A stretch of 63,790 nt of DNA. It comes from a virus (Duplodnaviria > Caudoviricetes). The stretch is taken from the IMG/VR virus record IMGVR_UViG_3300047546_000805, positions 1 to 63,790 of that record; one strand, given 5' to 3'. The position numbers were made by a program, and so were the translations under genes. Positions 18,478-29,600 of the stretch are shown in pieces. Each line of letters starts with the position of its first letter. Within the stretch, counting starts at the first letter, position 1. The notes under the pieces were generated by a model. It was not told the DNA's origin. It searched no databases and saw nothing but the letters and a program-made list of their open reading frames with translations.

Positions 18478-20051
18478 GATACCGCCTCTGGAACTGTGTC
18501 GAAGATCATGAAGCCCTCACGAATATAGTAAGTTCTTGGGTCAAGTAGTTCAACGTACGTTCCGGCAATTGTGTATGACACCATATTAAAACCATTGACA
18601 AGTGTTTTAAAGTAGTAGTCACCATTATTCAACTCTTGAAACGAGTTTGTTTCTGTTGCGCCCATACCGTACATATTAGCGTGAGACTGCACTTGACCAA
18701 CTGTGAATGGATCCTTTAATATGTGCTTCACATAAAACACATCTCCGCCGGTCTCATCAATTCTATAGTTTATGAGATATGTGTTCGTAGCAATCTTTTT
18801 CAGGAGTCCAGATGTTGATACGCTGTGACCAGATGTGTAATATGGTAGTGTAGAGCCCTTATATATTAGTGGCTCGACCTTTGACTCATCAATTGAAATC
18901 GTTCCTGACACACAACTTAATTCAAATAGAACCATAGCGTCTAGTGATGGTTCACCAACCTGCTCGTATCTAACTCCTAATACTATCACCTTGTCTGTGG
19001 CAGACTTTATATATCCAAGTCCGTCATTCAGGTACCTATAGTCTAATGAAACATCTGGCTGGAATGAATTGAATGCACTGGTAATGTCTGCACCTGACCT
19101 TGACGCTACATGGTACTTGATATTTGTAGGTGTCAATTCTGTTACCACATAATAGTTATCGAATATAATTGTGGAGAAGTATTCTGTGTCCGGCTCGGTC
19201 ATTGTCGGCATGGCGTGTGTTCCGTTGTCTATTATAGTATCGCCAGATAGGTAGAAACTATAAACAAGGTCATCTACGACAGATGCTATAAATATTTCAC
19301 CAGTATCAGTTATTTCCACCTGAGGTCTGGAGTTGTACTTAAAACCAACAGTTTTTGTTTCTTCGCTAAGATTTGTTCCTGATGAGTTAATCAATCTAAT
19401 GGTATAGTCTGTGACAGCATTTGGGAATGGTCCGTTATATCTTTCGGACTCTACAATTAAGATAAACCTATCAGACCCCACCTTTTTTAGTATAACGTCC
19501 AAAGAGCGGCTATCGGTCGGAATTATTGAATCTATTAGTGCTCGGTTGCTTATAGTCATGTGGTTATCTATTGTAACTTTTTCTATATATATATCTGAAG
19601 AGATGATATCTGTAAAGCCTGTACCCACGCTGTCTATTGAGTAAGCAATCAGGCCCTGCCCATTTCCGATCTCTGCTGCATCTACAGATGTATAGTAAGA
19701 AACCCATGTATTTAGCCCTGATTCGTACTCCGAAAGGTCTGGCCCAGTCCAGGTTGCGGCCCTCGGCACTCCCATTTCATAGTTGTCTGCGTCTTCCAAT
19801 ACACTCATCCTCACTTCATAGGCCCCGGCCCCGTTGATTTCATCAAACTCTACAATTAAATTAACCCAGACACGACCCTGAGTATCTGTTTCAGAAGCAA
19901 CACTTTTAATTGTTATGGGCCATGGAAAGTCAAGGCCACCGAGGCTTTCTTCTAGTTCCCCTATTTCGATTTCTATTTTTCCTCCGAGCAAGCGCTCCAA
20001 CTCTTGCAGGGAGTTTTCCGTCCAGCGTATCTCGCCAGCGTTTAGTCTCAC
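18474..20051 (-). CDS. Tail-tip protein: shared N-terminal module (copy 1) plus about 430-aa beta-rich domain
   Basis: IRWTENSLQELERLLG...FPWPITIK...; C-terminal part is AT-rich DNA and Y/S/T-rich protein. Confidence 0.6.
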   Translation of the reverse strand: MRLNAGEIRWTENSLQELERLLGGKIEIEIGELEESLGGLDFPWPITIKSVASETDTQGRVWVNLIVEFDEINGAGAYEVRMSVLEDADNYEMGVPRAATWTGPDLSEYESGLNTWVSYYTSVDAAEIGNGQGLIAYSIDSVGTGFTDIISSDIYIEKVTIDNHMTISNRALIDSIIPTDSRSLDVILKKVGSDRFILIVESERYNGPFPNAVTDYTIRLINSSGTNLSEETKTVGFKYNSRPQVEITDTGEIFIASVVDDLVYSFYLSGDTIIDNGTHAMPTMTEPDTEYFSTIIFDNYYVVTELTPTNIKYHVASRSGADITSAFNSFQPDVSLDYRYLNDGLGYIKSATDKVIVLGVRYEQVGEPSLDAMVLFELSCVSGTISIDESKVEPLIYKGSTLPYYTSGHSVSTSGLLKKIATNTYLINYRIDETGGDVFYVKHILKDPFTVGQVQSHANMYGMGATETNSFQELNNGDYYFKTLVNGFNMVSYTIAGTYVELLDPRTYYIREGFMIFDTVPEAVS

Positions 20052-23000
20052 TTCTCAACCAATCTCACGGATGCTTTTACTACGTCTTCCCCGCCCTTAT
20101 CTATTGCGAAAACGATGAAGTTTTTGTCGATGCCCTTTTCTGGAATCTTCACAAGCACTTCGTCTCCGACCTGTAGAACGTGCGGTGACCATACGTCTAG
20201 GTCTAGTTCTAGTCTTGGGTCTGCCGCCCGAGACACTACAAAATTAGCAAGTTTCTTTGCCGAGTCAGAATTGTTGATCCAGCGGGACGTGAACTCGTAC
20301 TTCTTTTCTCCATTCCTGAAGATTGAAGATTCGTCCTTCCACTCGTATCTTGTCTCTCCAAACTCCTCTACTATATTACCATATATGTATGGGTATAGTG
20401 TTGCTGAGTTGTTTGCGTCAACATAAGCAACTACGAGCGGCCTTGACGATATATTAGCAATTGTAACCGTGGCCCCAAACGGGGTCGCTCCCCAGACAGC
20501 ACCGGCTAGTTCACTACCGAGCGCAACGTTCTTTCCATTTCTGGCGTCACGAACAGTAGTTGGTGTCAGGGTGTATAGAACGTTTGTTGCTGGACCGCGC
20601 TCAAATCTAACGTCTTCTACATACATTTCTCGCACATAGTCATCAAATCTCTCAAAGCCGACCGCTTTCAGTGATGGAATCGCTCTTGCTGGTAATTGCC
20701 CACGGTCCCTCTTCACCACGTCATTGACATAGTTTTTTAATTGGCCGTCTAGTGCTGTTTGATTGTTGCTTTCAGAAGCCCCGCGCCCACCGTAGATGTA
20801 GTCGAATCTTGCGCTGGTATCACCAGCAGCCGCAACGCCAACCTTTCGTGTAAGGGTGAGATTGGTGCTAATGATTCTCCTCAGAACTCTTTCTCCGTCG
20901 ATAAACACAGATATGGTGCGCTTGTCCGTTCCAGGGGCCTTATTATAAAATACTGATAAATTGAATGGCTTGCCCTTCGGAGTTGAGACCGCCACGGGGT
21001 CAGTCAATGGGCTCTTTCCGATCACAGAGTTATTTACTCTGTACACAGATAGCAGACCGTTTTTGGAGTTGGTGCCCTGAGAAACCTCTACATAAAGCCC
21101 GGTAACTAGACCAGACGCCACGGTAGCAGATACAATTATTCCAGCACTACGGACCTTGGTATTGATGTTATCAATACTCATTCTTGTGTTAACCCAATAC
21201 GAGTCAGCATCTATTACCTTGACAGCATATGCCAAACGCTTTGGTCCGTTGGTTGTTGATCGAATCTGTAAAAATCCATTTCCGTCAGGAGCCTTGGTTA
21301 GTTTTGCGGCCGGGCTCTTGTTCCAGCCACTAAGTGCGAGGGTATGGGCCTCCGCCACTGTTCCAAACTGACCTCTTTCTACGTTGCATAGTTTTCCTGT
21401 GAATGTCACCGCCCCGTTTGCATAACTAACAATTTCTTGGAACTCCTGTACGTTCTTGGCGACCCTCGGGCTCGCTGGCGCCCCACTCTTCGGTGTATAC
21501 GCAAATTCTAAACCGTCGAACTTGATAATTTCTGAATCGATCAGGGCGTATCCAGAGTAACTCCCCCATGCTGGTGGGTCACGTCTAGCAGTACGATCAA
21601 TAAAGATAGAGGTGTCGTTAACCCCTATATCCTTAATGTGGCTGACACAGCCAAGTAGTAGCGGATCTGTTGGACGCCACAAGTCGAGGGTGATCCTCCT
21701 ACTGTATGCAACTTGGTTGCTGGTTTTAAATGCAGTTTCCGCTGGGTCGGGTGCGCTAGAGTCAAGGAGCGGGCGGTAGGTGATGTTGGCAGAGTTGATT
21801 ATCTCAGAATATGTGTCGCTATAACTGGAAACGTTCGGAATGTAGTCAATGCCGGAATCGGTGTGGTTTGTGGTTGTCAGCACATACTTGTTTGTCTTTG
21901 TTGCGAAAATGTAGCCCTTTGTGAGGATGACGATATTATCGTCCTCATCAACGGTTACGGCGTACTGGTGAGCGCGGCACAGTTCTTGTATCGCGTCGAA
22001 TACTGTTTCTTCTTTGTTGGAGTAGAAGTACGTCAGTTTTGGTTCCGAACTGGCGTCGTGCTTGATCTTTATTGGGCCTAACCCAGCCAGGTCTAGTAGT
22101 GTGTAGATAATAGCAGTTGGGGTGTGATTTCTCAGAAGCAGGTCATGCGCTGGTATGTCCTGAGCGAACTTAAGTTTATCGAATAGATTCAGCGTTACTG
22201 ATTCGTATACTCCATCGCTATTCGGTGTTTCGATATATCCAGTGAACTGGTTGACCCATGATGAGCCTGCGGTAGAGGCTTTGTACTCGACAAAAACTTT
22301 ACCGTATTTGCGCATAAAGTATCCGTAACTTGGGCTGGTTGCGTCAAGGTCCGGCTCTAGCAGGCCGTCGTTGTTGTTGAGAACAACGCTTCCTGAATTA
22401 GAACTTGTTGATCCAATAGGTAGAATGGTGTCCTTTTCAGCAAGGTTTGCCGACCAGTCCCATGACTGTAATCTGTCGGTAAACGCAAGTAGGGCTCGCG
22501 GCGACATCTCGATGATCGACACATATGCGTTGTTGTCGTTGACGTTAGAGGCTGTAGCCATCTGATTTACGATCACCTTTATACCGCGCACGTTCACCGT
22601 GTTTGCCGGGATGAGCAGACTGTCAGCGGGCTGGGTGGTAGACCAGGATGTTCCGTTATAGTAGAGGATTACTTCACCATTACTGTTAACTGCTGATACG
22701 TTGGAGAATGTTCCAATCGTTACCCATCCGCCCGAGTTCTTGATCTGGATGGAGAAGTCCTTCGGGATTCCTGCCGTTCGCTGGAATGTTACGACGACCT
22801 TGTTGGCGTAGAGGTTGTTACTCTGATACTCAATATAGGGATCTACGAATGCCGCATCCGATGGTTTTAGAGGTGACTCATAATACTTGAACTGAGAGTT
22901 ATCCAGGGCAAGGTAGTTCCTTGTCTTTAGAGTATATTCGTTATTGACAGGCGTGTTACAGGCAATACTCAGGTTGCTTCTATCTGCCGCTGTGGGCCAA

Positions 23001-23251
23001 CGCAACTGATACTTTCTGAACGCTCCGAGCCGGGCCCTAAAGGCTCCGGCTGGTGGTCTCCACCCACGAACAACTTCCTTTAGCGGAAAGAATCGCTTGA
23101 AGAATTCCGTGTCGATGGTGCCGTACAGAGTATCTAGCGGCTCGACAATATCGAAGTAGTAGTTCATATTCCACTCCGCTATACAGCGACGGTCGTACGA
23201 CGTGACAACGTTTTCGGCGGAATATGTCTTGTCTGTTGTATTGCCGAGCAT
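20048..23251 (-). CDS. Large minor tail protein (baseplate hub-like)
   Basis: 1067 aa, two genes after the tape measure; TVFDAIQELC...DEDD and LQVGDEV motifs. Confidence 0.75.
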   Translation of the reverse strand: MLGNTTDKTYSAENVVTSYDRRCIAEWNMNYYFDIVEPLDTLYGTIDTEFFKRFFPLKEVVRGWRPPAGAFRARLGAFRKYQLRWPTAADRSNLSIACNTPVNNEYTLKTRNYLALDNSQFKYYESPLKPSDAAFVDPYIEYQSNNLYANKVVVTFQRTAGIPKDFSIQIKNSGGWVTIGTFSNVSAVNSNGEVILYYNGTSWSTTQPADSLLIPANTVNVRGIKVIVNQMATASNVNDNNAYVSIIEMSPRALLAFTDRLQSWDWSANLAEKDTILPIGSTSSNSGSVVLNNNDGLLEPDLDATSPSYGYFMRKYGKVFVEYKASTAGSSWVNQFTGYIETPNSDGVYESVTLNLFDKLKFAQDIPAHDLLLRNHTPTAIIYTLLDLAGLGPIKIKHDASSEPKLTYFYSNKEETVFDAIQELCRAHQYAVTVDEDDNIVILTKGYIFATKTNKYVLTTTNHTDSGIDYIPNVSSYSDTYSEIINSANITYRPLLDSSAPDPAETAFKTSNQVAYSRRITLDLWRPTDPLLLGCVSHIKDIGVNDTSIFIDRTARRDPPAWGSYSGYALIDSEIIKFDGLEFAYTPKSGAPASPRVAKNVQEFQEIVSYANGAVTFTGKLCNVERGQFGTVAEAHTLALSGWNKSPAAKLTKAPDGNGFLQIRSTTNGPKRLAYAVKVIDADSYWVNTRMSIDNINTKVRSAGIIVSATVASGLVTGLYVEVSQGTNSKNGLLSVYRVNNSVIGKSPLTDPVAVSTPKGKPFNLSVFYNKAPGTDKRTISVFIDGERVLRRIISTNLTLTRKVGVAAAGDTSARFDYIYGGRGASESNNQTALDGQLKNYVNDVVKRDRGQLPARAIPSLKAVGFERFDDYVREMYVEDVRFERGPATNVLYTLTPTTVRDARNGKNVALGSELAGAVWGATPFGATVTIANISSRPLVVAYVDANNSATLYPYIYGNIVEEFGETRYEWKDESSIFRNGEKKYEFTSRWINNSDSAKKLANFVVSRAADPRLELDLDVWSPHVLQVGDEVLVKIPEKGIDKNFIVFAIDKGGEDVVKASVRLVEK

Positions 23252-23661
23252 TAAATCTCCTCTAGAGTCATGCTTATATCAACGAGGTCAAAGTTGCCCT
23301 GGCTGCGCTTCTGGACATTATAGGAGAATGAGGTTATCAGCATCTCCATGTATGTGTCTGTGCCGTCATAAATAAGCCAGGCATCAACTGTGCCGGTGGT
23401 TGAGTCGTAGAAGTCCTTGATCCACTTAGCGTCTTTGCCGTTATCTGCAAGCATGTGCGCTGCTGTCGGCACCATAGTCCATGAAATATCTAGTGTGTAT
23501 TTGTTTGCTACGAACCCGGCCCTCATGCTGCCATTCAACATACGCTCTTTGCTGCCGATGCGCTCTACTGACATGCTCACCGGCTCCCGCCCATGCTCAG
23601 TAAGGTGGCCGCTTAACGTTCCATTATCTAAGAATATGAATGAGCCTCTGGGCAGTATCAT
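23251..23661 (-). CDS. Distal tail protein (Dit-like)
   Basis: Follows the tape measure; ERMLNGSMR...KYTLDISW...ISMTLEEI. Confidence 0.7.
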   Translation of the reverse strand: MILPRGSFIFLDNGTLSGHLTEHGREPVSMSVERIGSKERMLNGSMRAGFVANKYTLDISWTMVPTAAHMLADNGKDAKWIKDFYDSTTGTVDAWLIYDGTDTYMEMLITSFSYNVQKRSQGNFDLVDISMTLEEI

Positions 23662-26600
23662 CTATTGGACCTCTTTCGCTTATTTGTCTGCTCGATCAAG
23701 GCCACCACCTCGCGGGCTAGTTCCTTAGCAGACTTCTGATCACCGTATACTGTGAAATTATACTGGTTTCCGCCGCCAGAAGCAAGTCCGTGCTTAGGTC
23801 CAGACTGGGTGACAAGCCCGCCCTTGTGGTATGTCTGCTGGTTGATGGCGTTAAGGAAGCCCTCTCCGTAGTGCTGTACCGCCTCCTTCTGGACCATGAA
23901 CTCACCAGGCTCGATCATTCCAACTAGACCACCGCGAGCATAGTTTGGCTTGCGGGTGTCGTAGTTGATTGGGCGACCAGCAGCGACATAGTTGGCCCAG
24001 TCAACTGGCGAGATAATTGTACCCTTCTGCTTGTTAGCCGCGTGGACCATGTTTCCGCCACCCATGTATAGACCAACGTGGTTAATTGGGTTCTGTAGGT
24101 TAACCCCGTTTGCGTACTTGAAGAATAGAAGGTCACCAGCGGTGATTTCGTTGCGGTTCGGGCGGGACTTAATAGCGTTGTACTGGCTGTTAGACACCGA
24201 ACCACCAGGAAGGTTGAATCCGAATCTCTGATATACCCAGCGTACGAACGGAGCACAACCCCATCCGTCCTCAGGGCTTCCACCAGTGTATGAATAAGGC
24301 ACTCCGACGTAGCGGGCTCCAAGTGCTGCGATCTGTGCTCCGAGTCCGGTTCCTGTTACGCCGCCTCCGCCTGATTGCGCGCCAGGCATTCCAACATCAT
24401 TGGTGACTCCAAATCCGTCAGGGGTCATAGCCCCGTACGCTTGCGCAACCTTATCCACAGCACCTGCCATCACGCCCTTCATCATGGCACGACCCATTCC
24501 AGTTACAAGCCCTCCGGCAGCAAACTTCCTCTGGTTAATAGCGTCCATGAAGCCCTTGCCGTAGTAATTCACCGAAGCATTCGTCATAACAAATTCACCA
24601 TTAGATAGTTTAGCATCAATATCATCAGAGGTTCCGTGCCCGGGACCAGTCGCTAGTCCACCAGAACTGTAGCGTGATGGAGAGTTAGACGGGGCTCCGC
24701 CATCAGAAACACCAGCCCTGTTCTGGAATTTCTGCGTCTCCTTATCGGTAAAGTCGAATGTTTCAACCCAAGCGTCGAGGTTCTTTTGCAGGGAAATAAC
24801 CTTTTGTGTGTCTCCCATCGCCTTAGCCGCAGCAAGGTTAGCAACAAGATCCCACGGTGCCTTCGCTAGGTTTCCACCAACTGTATCGAAAATTCTCTGT
24901 GCTGTTCCCTGAGAGGTAGCAGTTCCGATGGCCTCCTTCATCAAATCACCAATGTTAACTCCGGCCGCTGCAAAGATTGGGCCCTTTTCCTTTAATGCCG
25001 CAGCCATACCCTCGAAGTCTCCTGGGTATTCAGCGATAATTGCGTCCCAGGCAGCCTTCGCGTCCTCCACGGCTTTGATCTCTTGTGCCTTTCGGCCATT
25101 CGTTCCGGTGGTTACGGCATCATTCATAGCCGCCTGGTTCGCACGCATTGCTTCTAGTTTAGCCTGCTCGGCCTCAATTGCTGCGTCGCGCTCCTTCTCA
25201 ATTGCCTCAATACGACTTTCGGATGCCTTGTCAGCGATTCGCTCCTTATCTTCACGAGCCCACTCCGCCTTGGTGTAGGCCACCTCGTTCTTGATTAGTG
25301 CAGCAGCACCAAGATTTCCAGAAGAAATAGCCTCGTTGTAGGAAACCTGTAGGTCGCGTAAGGTCTTCTGACGGCTTAGGCGACGCTCTTCCGCCTCTTG
25401 TGCTTCATCAAGAGCCTCCTGCTTTTTCTTCTCGGCCTCGATCTGGTCGTCATACTTCTTGCGCAGCGCATCAATGTGGTCTTCCTGCGCCTTGATTGCG
25501 GCATCATTCGTTGCTTTGGTGTCAGTGGTTGACTCGCTATACGCCTTATTGATTGCTGCCATTCTATCTGCAAAAGCGCCAGTCCCACCGGCGGTGATAG
25601 CGTCCATAATCGCTCTATCTCCAACCGTCTCCCTGAAAACAACATCTACATACCACGGATTAGCAGAGATCTTGTCGAGATTCAGAGCAATTCCTTGCGC
25701 ATTTAGGTTAAGAGCCTTGAGAACAAGTTCGGCGCTGCCACCATTGTCTAGAATAGACTGTGCTACGCCCTTCATGCTCTCAGGAACAGTGTCCATCACA
25801 TCCTTCAGCGATGGCAGATCCCCACCAATCTCATTCAAGAACTTTTGCAGATCAACTGGTGCTTTTGTTGCTGATATATCAAGCATGGTACTGTATACTG
25901 CTTTGGCCGCCTCTAGTGTTTCATCGGAGAATAGGCCACCCGGCGTTCCATCTCCGCCTGCTAGTGCTGCCTGCTGCTCGCTCTGTGGAAGCGTGAGAAT
26001 TTCATTAGCGATCTTTCTAGCCGCAAGGTAGTCCTTTAGTTGGTTCTTTAGATTGCCAGCCGCAGAGCCCTCTGCATAATTCATGATATCTGGAATCAGA
26101 CCTGCTGCATCCGTCCCTCTACCAGAAGCGGTAAGTGCTGCAAGTATGTACTCCTTAATCTTGGTCATCTCTACCCCGGCAGCCTGCAACTCCACAACCT
26201 TGTCCTCTAGCAGACCACGCATATTGCCCATATCGTTCTCGCCCTTGAGAAGTTCAATGAAGTTTGCGTCCACGGAGCCTTCTGGTGCATTTTTGAAGGA
26301 CTCTATCAATTCGGCAACGGCCGACCCAGACTTTTCTAGTCCCTCGTTGAACGGGATAAGCGCAACGTCCTTGGCGCTCTTGATCGAAGCGCCTAGTTTG
26401 TCAAATGCTGTTTCTCCAACCTCCTGAACGGATGCTAATTCTGCCTGCGCCCTTTGCATGTTTGAGATGATTAGGGGGATCGCTGATGCAAGACCGCCGA
26501 CTGCGGCACCAATTGCCGTTCCAATTACAGGGGCGAACATACTTCCGATCATTCCACCCGTCATTGCTCCACCGGCTACTGTTCCAGCCGCCCCCAGCGC

Positions 26601-29600
26601 TCCGTCTCCGGACATTCCGGCAGACATTAGGCCGACACCGGCAGCAACACCGGCACCCTGAACCCATCTATTACCCATCAGGCCACGGAATCTTCCCCTC
26701 TTAGGCTCTCCTGCGCCCGAACCACCAACAATTACTCCAGTTCCTCCGCCAGCACCACCAGCAGCCCCACCCAGTTCCGCTGTTTCTGCCTCTACGTTCA
26801 TAACGGCAGCGACACTTTGTGTCTTGGCGGCCTTGGACTGCTCTTTGGCGGCGTCTGCTTGCATATCGGCTGCATCGTCTAGTTTCTCTACAATATCTTC
26901 ATCGAATAGACCGGCCTGATAATATTGCTGCTGTGGAACTGCTACGCCAAGTTGCGCTGTTCCTCTGTTGTTACCAACTCCGGGCGCTACACCAGTAAGT
27001 CCCGTTCCAGACACTACACCAGCAACAGCGGCGCGGGCGCGGGCCTCTAGTGCGTCCAACTGCTGTCGTAATTTGAGAAGCATCTGCTCTGCTGACCCAC
27101 CGCTTGCCAGGATATCTTCGTACGCCTTGATTGCGTTGGTGTACATCTCTCTAAATCCGGAGTTTGGATCATTCATGACCTTCTGCATCAGATCAGCGTA
27201 AGCATCCATCTGGGATACACCGTTTTTAACTGCTAGTTTGTATTCCTGGGCGTACTGCTTGGCCCTTGCTTGCACTAGAGCCTTCTGCTGTGGGTCTCCT
27301 GCAAAGGTGCCCTCGGCCATGTTTGCGTAGGACTGCATAAACGCCAAATACTTGAGGTTAACCTCTTTGAATGCCTGCTTGCTAGGTAGCAGTCTAGCCA
27401 TAGCATCATTACTCATGGCGTCTAGTTTAGCCTGCAATCCGGAAACTATTCTGGCCCGATCCGCCGAAGTCTCTTTTCTCTGAAGTGGCCTAGCAGCAAA
27501 CTTATCGAGTTCGGCCTGCAACATGACACGCCTCTGCGTTGCTATATCCTCCATTGACTCGTCAAGGCTGACTATGGACGCTGCCGCAAAATTGGTCTGT
27601 AGTCCGCGCTGGAATTCTGCCTCTGGAGTCCCAGTATTTAGCATAGATGACATAACAACAGCCTTGTCGCCTTTTGTCCTGGCCTCCTTTTCGGCGTCCG
27701 TACTTCCAGTATATGTTAGTGCTGTTGGGTATAGGTGGCTTACTTCTACTCCGCCCATTCCGCTCTTAGTGCTAAACTTTAGTTTATCCTCATCGATAAG
27801 CCCTCTACCCCGGCCTCCGACAAATGCTTGCTTTGCTTTTTCAGCAGTGGTAGCAGCCCCGGTCGATACAGAGGTTGATGCCGCTTTGCCAGCACCGGCC
27901 AGTTCAGTAAGGCTGGCAATCAACTTGTTGATTCCAGCGTCCAGTGCTGTTACAGCCTTTGCCTGGTCGTAGAATGACTTCTCTAGTGTCTCACCGGCCA
28001 GTTTTGCGGCAACCGATTCTTTGGTGAGGTGATCGTATGCAGTCACACCTGATTTCCCGAATGTCTTGAACCAAGCAACACCCTTTACCAGATATCCAAG
28101 TAGGTTTCCGAGCACACCAGTTGTCATGATGATAGGACCGATAATGGCGGTCACAGTAAGAACTCCACCAATTCCAGTCTTTACGAAATCTGGTAGCATA
28201 TCAAATTTCTCGAATAGCCAGTTAATAGCGTTAAGGCCCTTGGTGGCTAGTTGTAAGAAACCCTCACCAATACCAGCAAGTTCAACCTTTACCTGCTCTA
28301 GGGCTCTCGTGAACTGACCGCTGATACTTTCCTGTAGGGCTCCCAACTCTCGGTCGGCAATAGAGGCTAGTTCTCCTGCTTCCGCCCCCATTAGTTTCAT
28401 AACCTCTACTGTCTGACTTCCGTCACGACCAAGGTTAGCGAACAGCGCACCCATTCTGGCGAACTGGTACTTTCCGAAGATCTGCTCAATTACCTTTTGT
28501 CGGCTGAACTCGTCAAGTTTATCTAGTTCTGCCTGGAATCCTGTGATCATCGGGAGTAACTTACCCTCCGAGTTAGCAATCACAGCATCAATATCGATGT
28601 TGTAACCCTTAAGCATCTCTCTCGCCTGCTTTGTCGGGTTAATCAGGGAGGCTAGACCAGACTTTAGGGCGTTGGCCGCTTCTGCCGCTGGAATTCCACC
28701 CTCACGCATAGCAACGACTAGGAGCGAGAGTTCCTTGATGTCTCCGCCCAGACCCTTGACAATAGGTCCGGCCTTAGGAATCGCTTCTACTAGGTCGTTC
28801 AGTGTGGTGTTTGTCTGGTTTTCTACCGCGTTCAGGAAGTTGATGGATTCGGCTAGTTCTTCTGTATTCGACTTGAATGCTGTCTGAATAGCCAGGGTTG
28901 CCTTCATCGCCTCGGCGCGATCAACCTCACCAAGTGTCGCCAGACGAGTGGTTTGCGTAACAGACTGCATCAGTTCGTCTCCCTGCTTTCCAGCAGCAGC
29001 AAATTCGGCTGCCAGGCCTAGTGTTTCCTGAGCAGACTGACCATATACCTTAGCAAGATCTCCTGATAGACCCATAAGGTCTTTTCTCAACTGATTTACA
29101 GTCGCTGGGCCCATCATAGTATTCATGGTGTTTCCGTACACCTTGACGATGCGTGTCATTTCCTTGTCAAGGTCGTAGGCTAGTTTTGCTGCCGCCCCGC
29201 CCAGCAGGGTAAGCGGAACGGTAAGACCAACGGTCAACTGACGACCAGCCCACTGCGTATTCTTACCCCAGTTAATCATAGCGGTAGCGCCATCGTTAAG
29301 AACCTTGTTCATAATCTGAAGTTCTTTACGGGCCACCGCTGCGCGGGTTGCTAGGGAATTGTCAAGTCCGGTGGGGGTTATTACATCAGCAATGGCCTGG
29401 CCCTTGGCGTCTCGTCCACGAGTAACTACCATAGAGCGCTCAAGCATGGTCTGCTGGCGAGCAAGTTCTGTGATCATGCTCTTGCGTCCACTTACGAAGT
29501 TGCGGTATTCGCGGTGGTAGTCACGTAGTTCTAGGCGCTGCTTGTGTAGAGCCTCCCCGAATTTCTCCGCCTCGTTGCGGAGCCTTACTGTTTCTGTAGT

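Noticed and set aside
17249-20051. Diversity-generating retroelement or invertase shufflon behind the triplicated tail genes
   Set aside because: No reverse transcriptase or invertase, no near-identical template/variable pair differing at adenines, and all copies are in the same orientation and diverged at synonymous sites.
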